Shown here: piece after piece, positions 43,601 to 58,560 of the stretch | Numbering within the stretch: position 1 is the first letter of the stretch | Layout of the letters: every line of letters starts with the position of its first letter | Notes under the pieces: model-generated | The model's database searches: none | Told to the model about the DNA's origin: nothing | Seen by the model: only the letters and a program-made list of their open reading frames with translations | Origin: the human T2T-CHM13v2.0 reference genome, Homo sapiens | Assembly: GCF_009914755.1 (NCBI RefSeq) | Contig: NC_060933.1 | DNA: 64,000 nt | Strand: one strand, 5' to 3' | Translations under genes and position numbers: made by a program

Positions 43601-46600
43601 AAGATTCCATTCCATTGCATTCCATTCCATTCCATTCCCCTGGACTCGCGTTTATTCCTTTCAATTCCATTCGATTCCATTCCATTCCATTCCGTTCCGT
43701 TCCATTCCATTCCATTCCATTCCATTCCGTTCCGTTCCGTTCCATTCCATTCCATTCCATTCTATTCGGGTTAATTCCATTCCATTCCATTCGATTGCAA
43801 TCGAGTTGATTCCATTCCATTCCATTCCATTCCATTCCATTCCATTCCATTCCTTTCAATTACATTACGGATGATTCCATTCCATTGCATTCCATTCCAT
43901 TCCATTCCCCTGTACTTGGGTTGATTCCATTCCATTCCATTCCAATCCGTGCCATTCCACTCGTGTTGATTCCATTCTTTCCGTTCCATTCAAGTTGAAT
44001 CCATTCCATTGCATTCCATTCCATTCCATTCCATTCGATTTCACTCGGGTTGATTCCATTCCATTGCATTCCATTCCATTCCATTCCATTCCATTCCATT
44101 CCATTCCATTCCGTTCCATTCCATTCCATTACATTCGGATTGATTCTATTCAATTACCTTACATTCCATTACATTCCATTCCATTCGGGTAGTTTCCATT
44201 CCATTCCATTCCATTCCTCTCCATTCTATTGCACTCGGGTTGATTCCATTCCATTCCATTCCATTCCATTCCATTACATTACATTACATTACATTCCGTT
44301 CCATTGTACTCGGGTTGATTCCTTTCCATTGCATTCCATTCCATTCCATTCCATTCCATTACATTCCATTCCATTCCATTACATTCGGATTGATTCTATT
44401 CAACTCCCTTACTCTCCATTACATTCCATTCCATTCGGGTTGTTCCATTCCATTCCATTCCATTCCATTCCATTCCATTCCAATCCATTCCATTCCATTC
44501 CATTCCACTCGAGTTGATTTCATTCCATTCCTTTCCATTCCATTCCATTCCTTTCCACTCGAGTTGATTCCATTCCATTCCATTCCATTGCATTCCATTC
44601 CATTCCATTCCATTCCATTCCATTCCATTCCATTCCGTTCCATTCAATTTCATTACATTCAGATTGATTCTATTCAATTCCCTTACACTCCATTATATTC
44701 CAATCCATTCTGGTTGTTTCCATTCCATTCCATTCCATTTCACTCCATTCCATTGCACTCGGGTTGATTCCATTCCATACCATGCCATTGCATTCCATTC
44801 CATTCCATTCCGGATGATTCCTTTCCATTGCATTCCATTCCATTCCATTCCCCTGCACTCGGGTTGATTCCATTCCATTCCATTCCATTACATTCCGTTC
44901 GATTCCATTCCATTCCATTCGGATTGATTCTATTCAGTTCCCTTACACTCCATTACATTCCATTCCATTCGGGTAGTTTCCATTCCATTCCATTCCATTC
45001 CTCTCCATTCCATTGCACTCGGGTTGATTCCATTCCATTCCATTCCATTCCATTCCATTCCATTCCATTCCGTTCCATTGTACTCGGGTTGTTCCATTCC
45101 ATTCCATTCCATTCCACTCAAATCCATTCCATTCCATTCCATTCCATTCCATTCCATTCCATTCCATTCCATTCCATTGTACTCGGATTGATTCCATTCC
45201 ATTGCATTCCATTCCATTCCATTCCGTTGCATTCCATTCCATTACATTCGGATTGATTCTATTCAACTCCCTTACTCTCCATTATATTCCCTTCCATTCG
45301 GGTTGTTCCATTCCATTCCATTCCATTCCACTCCATTCCATTGCACTCGGGTTGATTCCATTCCATTCCATTCCATTCCATTCCATTCCATTCAATTCCA
45401 TTCCATTACAATTCGTTCCATTCCATTCTATTCCATACCATTCCATTCCATTCCATACCATTCCATTCCATTCCATTCCATTCCATTCGGTTCCATTCCG
45501 TTCCATTCCATTCCATTCCATTCTATTCGGGTTAATTCCATTCCATTCCATTCTATTCCATTCCATTCTATTCCATTCCATTGCAATCGAGTTGAATCCA
45601 TTGCATTTCATTCCATTCCATTCCATTCCATTCCATTCCGGAACATTCCATTCCATTGCATTCCATTCCATTCCATTCCCCTGAACTCGCGTTGATCCCA
45701 TTCCATTCCATTCCATTCCATTCCGTTCCGTTCCATTCCATTCCATTCCATTCCATCCCATTCCATTCCATTCCGGAAGATTCCATTCCATTGCATTGCA
45801 TTCCATTCCATTCCATTCCATTCCATTCCATTCCATTGTACTCGGGTTGATTCCATTCCATTGCATTCCATTCCATTCCATTCCATTCCCTTCCATTCCA
45901 TTCCATTACATTCGGATTGATTCTATTCAACTCCCTTACTCTCCATTACATTCCATTCAATTCGGGTTGTTCCATTCCATTCCATTCCATTCCACTCCAT
46001 TCCATTGCACTCGGGTTGATTCCATTCCATTCCATTCCATTCCATTCCGGATGATTCCATTCCATTGCATTCCGTTCCATTACATTCCCCTGCACTCGGG
46101 TTGATACCATTCCATTCCATTCCATTCCATTCGATTCCATTCCATTCCCCTGCACTCGCGTAGATTCCATTCCATTCCATTCCATTCCATTCCATTCCAT
46201 TCCATTCCATTCCTTTCCATTCCAGTCCTTTCCATTCCATTCCACTCGGGTTGATTCCATTCTATTACTTTCCATTCCATTCCATTCCCTTCCATTCCAC
46301 TCTGGTTGATTCCATTCCTTTCCATTCCACTCGAATACATTCCCTCCTATTCCAATCGGAAAGATTCCATGCCATTCCCTTCCATTCCATTCCATTCCAT
46401 TCCATTCCATTCCATTCCATTTCGTTCCATTCCATTCTATTCCGTATCATTCCATTCCATTCCATTCCGTTCCATTCCATTCCATTCCATTCCATTCCAC
46501 TCGTGTTGATTCCATTCCTTTCCATTCCATTCGGTTTGACGGCATTCCATTCCATTCCATTCCATTCCATTCCATTCCATTCCATTCCATTCCATTGTAC

Positions 46601-48299
46601 TCGGTTTGATTCCATTCCATTGCATTCCATTCTATTCCATTCCATTCCATTCCGTTCCATTCCATTCCATTATATTCGGATTGATTATATTCAACTCCCT
46701 TACTCTCCATTACATTCCATTCCATTCGGGTTGTTCCATTCCATTCCATTCCATTCCACTCCATTCCATTGCACTTGGGTTGATTCCATTCCATTCCATT
46801 CCATTCCATTCCATTCCGGATGATTCCATTCCATTGCATTCCGTTCCATTACATTCCCCTGCACTCGCGTTGATTCCATTCCATTCCATTCCATTCAATT
46901 CCATTCCATTACAATTCATTCCATTCCATTCTATTCCGTACCATTCCATTCCATTCCATACCATTCCATTCCATTCCATTCCGTTCCATTCCGTTCCATT
47001 CCATTCCATTCCTTTCTATTCGGGTTAATTCCATTGCATTCCATTCCATTCCATTCCATTCTATTCCATTCCATTGCAATCGAGTTGAATCCATTGCATT
47101 TCATTCCATTCCATTCCATTCCGAAAGATTCCATTCCATTGCATTCCATTCCATTCCATTCCCCTGCACTCGCGTTGATTCCATTCCATTCCATTCCATT
47201 CCATTCCATTCCATTCCATTCCGTTCCGTTCCGTTCCATTCCATTCCATTCCATTCCATTCCATTCCGTTCCGTTCCATTCCATTCCATTCCATTCTATT
47301 CGGGTTAATTCCATTCCATTCCATTCGATTGTAATCGAGTTGATTCCATTCCATTCCATTCCATTCCTTTCCATTGCATTACGGATGATTCCATTCCATT
47401 GCATTCCATTCCATTCCATTCCCCTGTACTCGGGTTGATTCCATTCCATTCCATTCCAATCCATGCCATTCCACTCGTGTTGATTCCATTCTTTCCATTC
47501 CATTCAAGTTGAATCCATTCCATTGCATTCCATTCCATTCGATTCCATTCGATTGCACTCGGGTTGATTCCATTCCATTGCATTCCATTCCATTCCATTC
47601 AATTCCATTCCGTTCCATTCCATTCCATTACATTCGTGTTGATTCTATTTAACTCCCTTACTCTCCATTACATTAAATTCCATTCGGGTTGTTCCATTCC
47701 ATTCCATTCCATTCCACTCCATTCCATTGCACTCGGGTTGATTCCATTCCATTCCATTCCATTCCATTCCATTCCATTCCATTCCGGATGATTCCATTCC
47801 ATTGCATTCCATTCGATTCCATTCCCCTGCACTCGCGTTGATTCCATTCCATTCCATTCTATTCCATTCCATTCCCTTCCTTTCCGTTCCATTCCATTCC
47901 ATTCCATTCCATTCCATTCCGTTCCGTTCCATTCCATTCCATTCCATTCTATTCGGGTTAATTCCATTCCATTCCATTTGATTGCAATCGAGTTGATTCC
48001 ATTCCATTCCATTCCATTCCATTCCATTCCATTCCATTCCATTCCTTTCCATTCCATTACGGATGATTCCATTCCATTGCATTCCATTCCATTCCATTCC
48101 CCTGTTCTCGGGTTGATTCCATTCCATTCCATTCCAATCCTTGCCATTCCACTCGTGTTGATTCCATTCTTTCCATTCCATTCAAGTTGAATCCATTCCA
48201 TTGCATTCCATTCCATTCGATTCCATTCGATTGCACTCGGGTTGATTCCATTCCATTGCATTCCATTCCATTCCATTCCATTCCATTCCATTCCGTTCA

Positions 48300-48880
48300 A
48301 TTCCATTTCATTACATTCAGATTGATTCTATTCAATTCCCTTACACTCCATTATATTCCAATCCATTCTGGTTGTTTCCATTCCATTCCATTCCATTTCA
48401 CTCCATTCCATTGCACTCGGGTTGATTGCATTCCATTCCATTCCATTGCATTCCATTCCATTCCATTCCGGATGATTCCATTCCATTGCATTCCATTCCA
48501 TTCCATTCCCCTGCACTCGGGTTGATTCCATTCCATTCCATTCCATTACATTCCGTTCCATTCCATTCCATTCCATTCGGATTGATTCTATTCAATTCCC
48601 TTACACTCCATTACATTCCATTCCATTCGGGTAGTTTCCATTCCATTCCATTCCATTCCTCTCCATTCCATTGCACTCGGGTTGATTCCATTCCATTCCA
48701 TTCCATTCCATTCCATTGCATTCCATTCCATTCCATTCCATTCCATTCCGTTCCATTCCATTCCATTACATTCGGATTGATTCTATTCAACTCCCTTACT
48801 CTCCATTACATTCCATTCCATTCGGGTTGCTCCATTCCATTCCATTCCATTCCACTCCATTCCATTGCACTCGGGTTGAT
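48300..48880 (+). repeat. Representative trimer of three paralogous 'gattgattctattcaa(t/c)tccctta' modules
   Basis: Seen: cagattg..tatattccaatcc..ctggttgttt (~48313), cggattg..caattcccttacac..gggtagttt..cctctcc (~48575), cggattg..caactcccttactc..gggttg(t/c)tcc (~48768). The same order recurs at ~6127, 12240, 32663, 36953, 44655, 53161, 56824, 59070 and 61236. Confidence 0.85.
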
Positions 48881-51800
48881 TCCATTCCATTCCATTCCAT
48901 TCCATTCCGGATGAATCCATTCCATTGCATTCCGTTCCATTACTTTCCCCTGCACTCGGGTTGATTCCATTCCATTCCATTCCATTCCATTCGATTCAAT
49001 TCCATTCCCCTGCACTCGCGTTGATTCCATTCCATTCCATTCCATTCCATTCCATTCCATTCCTTTCCATTCCAGTCCTTTCCATTCCATTCCACTCGGG
49101 TTGATTCCATTCTATTAGTTTCCATTCCATTCCATTCCCTTCCATTCCACTCTGGTTAATTCCATTCCTTTCCATTCCACTCGAATTCATTCCGTCCTAT
49201 TCCACTCGGAACGATTCCATTCCATTCCGTTCCATTCGTTTCCATTCCATTCCATTCCATTCCATTCCATTTCGTTCCATTCCATTCTTTTCCGTATCAT
49301 TCCATTCCATTCCATTCCATTCCATTCCATTCCATTCCATTCCATTCCACTCGTGTTGATTCCATTCCTTTCCATTCCATTCGTTTTGAAGGCATTCCAT
49401 TCCATTCCATTCCATTCCATTCCATTCCATTCCATTGTACTCGGGTTGATTCCATTCCATTGCATTCCATTCCATTCCATTCCATTCCATTCCGTTGCAT
49501 TCCATTCCATTCCATTCCATTCCATTTTACTCGGGTTGATTCCATTCCATTGCATTCCATTCCATTCCATTCCATTCCATTCCGTTGCATTCCATTCCAT
49601 TACATTCGGATTGATTCTATTCAACTCCCTTACTCTCCATTACATTCCATAGCATTCGGGTTGTTCCATTCCATTCCATTCCATTCCACTCCATTCCATT
49701 GCACTCGGGTTTATTCCATTCCATTCCATTCCATTCCATTCCATTTCGGATGATTCCATTCCATTGCATTCCGCTCCATTTCATTCCCCTGCACTCGCGT
49801 TGATTCCATTCCATTCCATTCCATTCCATTCAATTCCATTCCATTACAGTTCGTTCCATTCCATTCTATTCCGTACCATTCCATTCCATTCCATACCATT
49901 CCATTCCATTCCATTCCATTCCATTCCATTCCATTCCGTTCCATTCCGTTCCATTCCCTTCCATTCTATTCTATTCGGGTTATTTCCATTCCATTCCATT
50001 CCATTCCATTCTATTCCATTCCATTGCAATCGAGTTGAATCCATTGCATTTCATTCCATTCCATTCCATTCCATTCCATTCCGGAAGATTCCATTCCATG
50101 GCATTCCATTCCATTCCATTCCCCTGCACTCGCGTTGATTCCATTCCATACCATTCCATTGCATTCCATTCCATTCCATTCCGTTCCGTTCCGTTCCATT
50201 CCATTCCATTCCATTCCATTCCATTCCGTTCCGTTCCATTCCATTCCCTTCCATTCTATTCGGGTTAATTCCATTCCATTCCATTCTATTGCAATCGAGT
50301 TGATTCCATTCCATTCCATTCCATTCCATTCCATTCCATTCCTTTCCATTCCATTTCGGATGATTCCATTCCATTGCATTCCATTCCATTCCATTCCCCT
50401 GTACTCGGTTTGATTCCATTCCATTCCATTCCAATCCATGCCATTCCACTCGTGTTGATTCCATTCTTTCCATTCCATTCAGGTTGAATCCATTCCATTG
50501 CATTCCATTCCATTGGATTCCATTCGATTGCACTCGGGTTGATTCTATTAGATTGCATTCCATTCCATTCCATTCCATTCCATTCCATTCCATTCCATTA
50601 CTTTCCGTTCCAATCCATTCCATTACATTCGGATTGATTCTATTCAATTCCCTTACGCTCCATTACATTCCATTCCATTCGGGTAGTTTCCATTGCATTC
50701 CATTCCATTCCTCTCCATTCCATTGCACTCGGGTTGATTCCATTCCATTGCATTCCATTCCGTTCCATTCAATTCCATTCCGTTCCATTCCATTCCATTA
50801 CATTCGGATTGATTCTATTCAACTCCCTTACTCTCCATTACATTCCATTCCATTCGGGTTGTTCCATTCCATTCCATTCCATTCCACTCCATTCCATTGC
50901 ACTCGGGTTGATTCCATTCCATTGCATTCCATTCCATTCCATTCCATTCCATTCCGGATGATTCCATTCCATTACATTCCGTTCCGTTACATTCCCCTGC
51001 ACTCGGGTTGATTCCATTCCATTCCATTCCATTCCATTCCATTCCATTACATTACAATTCTTTCCATTCCATTCTATTCCGTACCATTCCATTCCATTCC
51101 ATACAAATCCATTGCATTCCATTCCATTCCATTCCGTTCCGTTCCATTCCGTTCCGTTCCGTTCCGTTCCGTTCCATTCCATTCCATTCCATTCTATTCG
51201 GGTTAATTCCATTCCATTCCATTCCATTCCATTCTATTCCATTCCATTGCAATCGAGTTGAATCCATTGCATTCCATTCCATTCAATTCCATTCCGGAAG
51301 ATTCCATTCCATTCCAATCCATTCCATTCCATTCCGGAACATTCCATTCCATTGCATTCCATTCCATTCCATTCCATTCCCCTGCACTCGCGTTGATTCC
51401 ATTCCATTCCATTCTATTCCATTCCATTCCCTTCCTTTCCTTTCCATTCCATTCCATTCCATTCCGTTCCGTTGCATTCCATTCCATTCCATTCTATTCG
51501 GGTTAATTCCATTCCATTCCATTCGATTGCAATCTAGTTGATTCCATTCCATTCCATTCCATTCCATTCCTTTCCATTCCATTACGGATGATTCCATTCC
51601 ATTGCATTCCATTCCATTCCAATCCCCTGTACTCGGGTTGATTCCATTCCATTCCATTCCAATCCATGCCATTCCACTCGTGTTGATTCCATTCTTTCCA
51701 TTCCATTCAAGTTGAATCCATTCCATTGCATTCCATTCCATTCGATTCCATTCGATTGCACTCGGGTTGATTCCATTCCATTGCATTCCATTCCATTCCA

Positions 51801-54800
51801 TTCCATTCCATTCCATTCCATTCCGTTCCATTCCATTCCATTCCATTCCATTACATTCCATTCCATTCCACTCGTGTTGATTCCATTCCTTTCTATTCCA
51901 TTCGGTTTGAAGGCATTCCATTCCATTCCATTCCATTCCATTCCATTCCATTCCATTCCATTGTACTCGGGTTGATTCCATTCCATTGCATTCCATTACA
52001 TTCGGATTGATTCTATTGAATTCCCTTACACTCCATTCCATTCCTTTCCATTCCATTCCTTTCCGTTCCATTCCATTCCATTATATTCGGATTGATTATA
52101 TTCAATTCCCTTACACTCCATTACATTCCATTCCATTCGGGTAGTTTCCATTCCATTCCATTCCATTCCTCACCATTCCATTGTACTCGGGTTGATTCCA
52201 TTCCATTGCATCCCATTCCATTCCATTCAATTCCTTTCCGTTCCATTCCATTCCATTACATTCAGATTAATTCTGTTCAACTCCCTTACTCTCCATTACA
52301 TTCCATTCCATTCGGGTTGTTCCATTCCATTCCATTCCATTCCACTCCATTCCATTGCACTCGGGTTTATTCCATTCCATTCCATTCCATTCCGTTCAAT
52401 TCCATTCCTTTACAATTCGTTCCATTCCATTCTATTCCATACCATTCCATTCGATTCCATACCATTCCATTCCATCCCATTCCATTCAATTCCGTTCCAT
52501 TCCGTTCCATTCCATACCATTCCATTCTATTCGGATTAATTCCATTCCATTCCATTCCATTCCATTCTATTCCATTCCATTGCAATCGAGTTGAATCCAT
52601 TTCATTTCATTCCATTCCAATCCATTCCATTCCATTCAGGAAGATTCCATTCCATTGCATTCCATTCCATTCCATTCCCCTGCACTCGCGTTGATTCCAT
52701 TCCATTCCATTCCATTCCATTCCATTCCGTTCCGTTCCATTCCATTCCATTCCATTCCATTCCGTTCCGTTCCATTCCATTCCATTCCATTCTATTCGGG
52801 TTAATTCCATTCCATTCCATTCGATTGCAATCGAGTTGATTCCATTCGATTCCATTCCATTCCATTCCATTCCATTCCATTCCTTTCCATTCCATTACGG
52901 ATGATTCCATTCCATTGCATTCCATTCCATTCCATTCCCCTGTACTCGGGTTGATTCCATTACATTCCATTCCAATCCATGCCATTCCACTCGTGTTGAT
53001 TCCATTCTTTCCATTCCATTCAAGTTGAATCCATTCCATTGCATTCCATTCCATTCGATTCCATTCGATTGCACTCGGGTTGATTCCATTCCATTGCATT
53101 CCATTCCATTCCATTCTATTCCATTCCATTCCATTCCATTCCGTTCCATTCCATTTCATTACATTCAGATTGATACTATTCAATTCCCTTACACTCCATT
53201 GTATTCCAATCCATTCTGGTTGTTTCCATTCTATTCCATTCCATTTCACTCCATTCCATTGCACTCGGGTTGATTCCATTCCATTCCATTCCATTGCATT
53301 CCATTCCATTCCATTCCGGATGATTCCACTCCATTGCATTCCATTCCATTCCATTCCCCTGCACTCGGGTTGATTCCATTCCATTCCATTCCATTGCATT
53401 CCGTTCCACTCCATTCCATTCCATTCGGATTGATTCTATTCAATTCCCTTACACTCCATTACATTCCATTCCATTCGGGTAGTTTCCATTCCATTCCATT
53501 CCATTCCTCTCCATTCTATTGCACTCGGGTTGATTCCATTCCATTCCATTCCATTCCATTCCATTCCATTCCATTACATTACATTCCGTTCCATTGTACT
53601 CGGGTTGATTCCATTCCATTGCATTCCATTCCATTCCATTCCATTCCATTCCATTCCATTCCGTTCCATTCCATTACATTCGGATTGATTCTATTCAACT
53701 CCCTTACTCTCCATTACATTCCATTCCATTCGGGTTGTTCCATTCCATTCCATTCCATTCCACTCCATTCCATTGCACTCTGGTTGATTCCATTCCATTC
53801 CATTCCATTCCATTCCATTCCATTCCATCCCATTCCGGATGATTCCATTCCATTGCATTCCGTTCCATTACATTACCCTGCACTCGGGTTGATTCCATTC
53901 CATTCCATTCCATTCCATTCCATTACATTCCATTCCAATTCTTTCCATTCCATTCTATTCCGTACCATTCCATTCCATTCCATACAATTCCATTCCATTC
54001 CATTCCACTCCGTTCCGTTGCGTTCCGTTCCGTTCCGTTCCGTTCCATTCCATTCCATTCCATTCTATTCGGTTTAATTCCATTCCATTCCATTCCATTC
54101 CATTCTATTCCATTCCATTGCAATCGAGTTGAATCCATTGCATTCAATTCCATTCCATTCCATTCCATTCCATTCCATTCCATTCCGGAAGATTCCATTC
54201 CATTGCATTCCATTCCATTCTATTCCATTCCATTCCATTCCATTCCATTGTACTCGGGTTGATTCCATTCCATTGCATTCCATTCCATTCCATTCCATTC
54301 CATTCCGTTCCATTCCATTCCATTACATTCGGATTGATTCTTTTCAACTCCCTTACTCTCCATTACATTCCATTCCATTCGGGTTGTTCCATTCCATTCC
54401 ATTCCATTCCATTCCATTCCATTCCATTGCACTCGGGTTGATTCCATTCCATTCCATTCCATTCCATTCCGGATGATTCCATTCCATTGCATTCCGTTCC
54501 ATTACATTCCCCTGCACTCGGGTTGATTCCATTCCATTCCATTCCATTCCATTCGATTCCATTACATTCCCCTGCACTCGCGTTGATTCCATTCCATTCC
54601 ATTGCATTCCATTCCATTCCATTCCAGTCCTTTCCATTCCATTCCACTCGGGTTGATTCCATTCTATTAGTTTCCATTCCATTCCATTCCCTTCCATTCC
54701 ACTCTGGTTGATTCCATTCCTTTCCATTCCACTCGAATACATTCCCTCCTTTCCACTCGGAACGATTCCATTCCATTCCATTCCATTCCATTCCATTCCA

Positions 54801-55829
54801 TTCTATTTCGTTCCATTCCATTCTATTCCATATCATTCCATTCCATTCCATTCCATTCCATTCCTTTCCATTCCACTCGTGTTGATTCCATTCCTTTCTA
54901 TTCCATTCGGTTTGAAGGCATTCCATTCCATTCCATTCCATTCCATTCCATTCCATTCCATTCCATTCCATTGTACTCGGGTTGATTCCATTCCATTCCA
55001 TTCCATTCCATTCCATTCCATTCCATTCCATTCCGGATGATTCCATTCCATTGAATTCCGTTCCATTACATTCCCCTGCACTCGGGTTGATTCCATTCCA
55101 TTCCATTCCATTCCATTCGATTCCATTCCATTCCAATTCTTTCCATTCCATTCTATTCCGTACCATTCCATTCCATTCCATACAATTCCATTCCATTCCA
55201 TTCCACTCCGTTCCGTTCCGTTCCGTTCCGTTCCATTCCATTCCAGTCCATTCTATTCGGTTTAATTCCATTCCATTCCATTCCATTCTATTCCATTCCA
55301 TTGCAATCGAGTTGAATCCATTGCATTCCATTGCATTCCATTCCATTCCATTCCATTCCATTCCATTCCGGATGATTCCATTCCATTGCATTCCGTTCCA
55401 ATACATTCCGCTGCACTCGGGTTGATTCCATTCCATTCCATTCCATTCCATTCCATTCCATTCGATTCCCCTGCACTCGCGTGGATTCCATTCCATTCCA
55501 TTCCATTCCATTCCATTCCATTCCATTGTACTCGGGTTGATTCCATTCCATTGCATTCCATTCCATTCCATTCCATTCCGTTACATTCCATTCCATTACA
55601 TTCGGATTGATTCTATTCAACTCCCTTACTCTCCATTACATTCCATTCCATTCGGGTTGTTCCATTCCATTCCATTCCATTCCACTCCATTCCCCTGCAC
55701 TCGGGTTGATTCCATTCCATTCCATTCCATTCCATTCCATTCCATTCCATTCCATTCCGTTCCGTTCCGTTCCATTCCATTCCATTCCATTCCATTCCAT
55801 TCCGTTCCGTCCCATTCCATTCCATTCCA

Positions 55830-58560
55830 TTCTATTCGGGTTAATTCCATTCCATTCCATTCGATTGCAATCGAGTTGATTCCATTCCATTCCATTCCAT
55901 TCCATTACGGATGATTCCATTCCATTGCATTCCATTCCATTCCATTCCCCTGTACTCGGGTTGATTCCATTCCATTCCATTCCAATCCATGCCATTCCAC
56001 TCGTGTTGATTCCATTCTTTCCATTCCATTCAAGTTGAATCCATTCCATTGCATTCCATTCCATTCGATTCCATTCGATTGCACTCGGGTTGATTCCATT
56101 CCATTGCATTCCATTCCATTCCATTCCATTCCATTCCATTCCATTCCGTTCCATTGCATTCCATTACATTCGGATTGATTCTATTCAACTCCCTTACTCT
56201 CCATTACATTCCATTCCATTCGGGTTGTTCCATTCCATTCCATTCCATTCAACTCCATTCCATTGTACTCGGGTTGATTCCATTCCATTCCATTCCATTC
56301 CATTCCATTCCATTCCGGAAGATTCCATTCCATAGCATTCCATTCCATTCCATTCCCCTGCACTCGCGTTGATTCCATTCCATTCCATTCTATTCCATTC
56401 CATTCCCTTCTTTTCCGTACCATTCCATTCCATTCCATTCCATTCCATTCCGTTCCGTTCCATTCCATTCCATTCCATTCTATTCGGGTTAATTCCATTC
56501 CATTCAATTCGATTGCAATCGAGTTGATTCCATTCCATTCCATTCCATTCCATTCCTTTCCATTCCATTACGGATGATTCCATTCCATTGCATTCCATTC
56601 CATTCCATTCCCCTGTACTCGGGTTGATTCCATTCCATTCCATTCCAATCCATGCCATTCCACTCGTGTTGATTCCATTCTTTCCATTCCATTCAAGTTG
56701 AATCCATTCCATTGCATTCCATTCCATTCGATTCCATTCGATTGCACTCGGGTTGATTCCATTCCATTGCATTCCATTCCATTCCATTCCATTCCATTCC
56801 ATTCCGTTCCATTCCATTTCATTACATTCAGATTGATTCTATTCAATTCCCTTACACTCCATTATATTCCAATCCATTCTGGTTGTCTCCATTCCATTCC
56901 ATTCCATTTCACTCCATTCCATTGCACTCGGGTTGATTCCATTCCATTCCATTCCATTGCATTCCATTCCATTCCATTCCGGATGATTCCATTCCATTGC
57001 ATTCCGTTCCATTCCATTCCCCTGCACTCGGGTTGAATCCATTCCATTCCATTCCATTACATTCCGTTAAATTCCATTCCATTCCATTCCATTCGGTTTC
57101 ATTCTATTCAATTCCCTTACACTCCATTACATTCCATTCCATTCTGGTAGATTCCATTCCATTCCATTCCATTCGGGTAGTTTCCATTCCATTCCATTCC
57201 ATTCCTCTCCATTACATTGCACTCGGGTTGATTCCATTCCATTCCATTCCATTCCATTCCATTCCATTACATTAAATTACATTCCGTTCCATTGTACTCG
57301 GGTTGATTCCATTCCATTGCATTCCATTCCATTCCATTCCATTCCATTCCATTCGGATTGATTCTATTCAACTCCCTTACTCTCCATTACATTCCATTCC
57401 ATTCGGGTTGTTCCATTCCATTCCATTCCATTCCACTCCATTCCATTGCACTCGGGTTGATTCCATTCCATTCCATTCCATTCCATTCCATTCCATTCCA
57501 TTCCATTCCATTCCGGATGATTCCATTCCATTGCATTCCGTTCCATTCCATTCCCCTGCACTCGGGTTGATTCCATTCCATTCCATTCCATTCCATTCGA
57601 TTCCATTCCATTCCAATTCTTTCCATTCCATTCTATTCCGTAACATTCCATTCCATTCAATACAATTCCATTCCATTCCATTCCACTCCGTTCCGTTCCG
57701 TTCCGTTCCATTCCATTCCATTCCATTCCATTCTATTCGGTTTAATTCCATTCCATTCCATTCCATTCCATTCCATTCCGTTCCGTTCCATTCCATTCCA
57801 TTCCATTCTATTCGGGTTAATTCCATTCCATTCCATTCGATTGCAATCTAGTTGATTCCATTCCATTCCATTCCATTCCATTCCTTTCCATTCCATTACG
57901 GATGATTCCATTCCATTGCATTCCATTCCATTCCATTCCCCTGTACTCGGGTTGATTCCATTCCATTCCATTCCAATCCATGCCATTCCACTCGTGTTGA
58001 TTCCATTCTTTCCATTCCATTCAAGTTGAATCCATTCCATTGCATTCCATTCCATTCGCTTCCATTCGATTGCACTCGGGTTGATTCCATTCCATTGCAT
58101 TCCATTCCATTCCATTCCATTCCATTCCATTCCGTTCCATTCCATTCCATTACATTCGGATTGATTCTATTCAACTCCCTTACTCTCCATTACATTCCAT
58201 TCCATTCGGGTTGTTCCATTCCATTCCATTCCATTCAACTCCATTCCTTTGCACTCGGGTTGATTCCATTCCATTCCATTCCATTCCATTCCATTCCATT
58301 CCGGAAGATTCCATTCCATAGCATTCCATTCCATTCCATTCCCCTGCACTCGCGTTGATTCCATTCCATTCCATTCTATTCCATTCCATTCCCTTCCTTT
58401 CCGTACCATTCCATTCCATTCCATTCCATTCCATTCCATTCCGTTCCGTTCCATTCCATTCCATTCCATTCTATTCGGGTTAATTCCATTCCATTCAATT
58501 CGATTGCAATCGAGTTGATTCCATTCCATTCCATTCCATTCCATTCCATTCCATTCCATT
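55830..58560 (+). repeat. Direct duplication of a ~0.75-kb block (~55830-56560 and ~57810-58560), offset ~1986 bp
   Basis: Seen: ttcaactcc (56248/58234), ggaagattccattccatagcatt (~56317/58303), ttccgtacc (~56413/58399), caattcgattg (56505/58496). Confidence 0.8.
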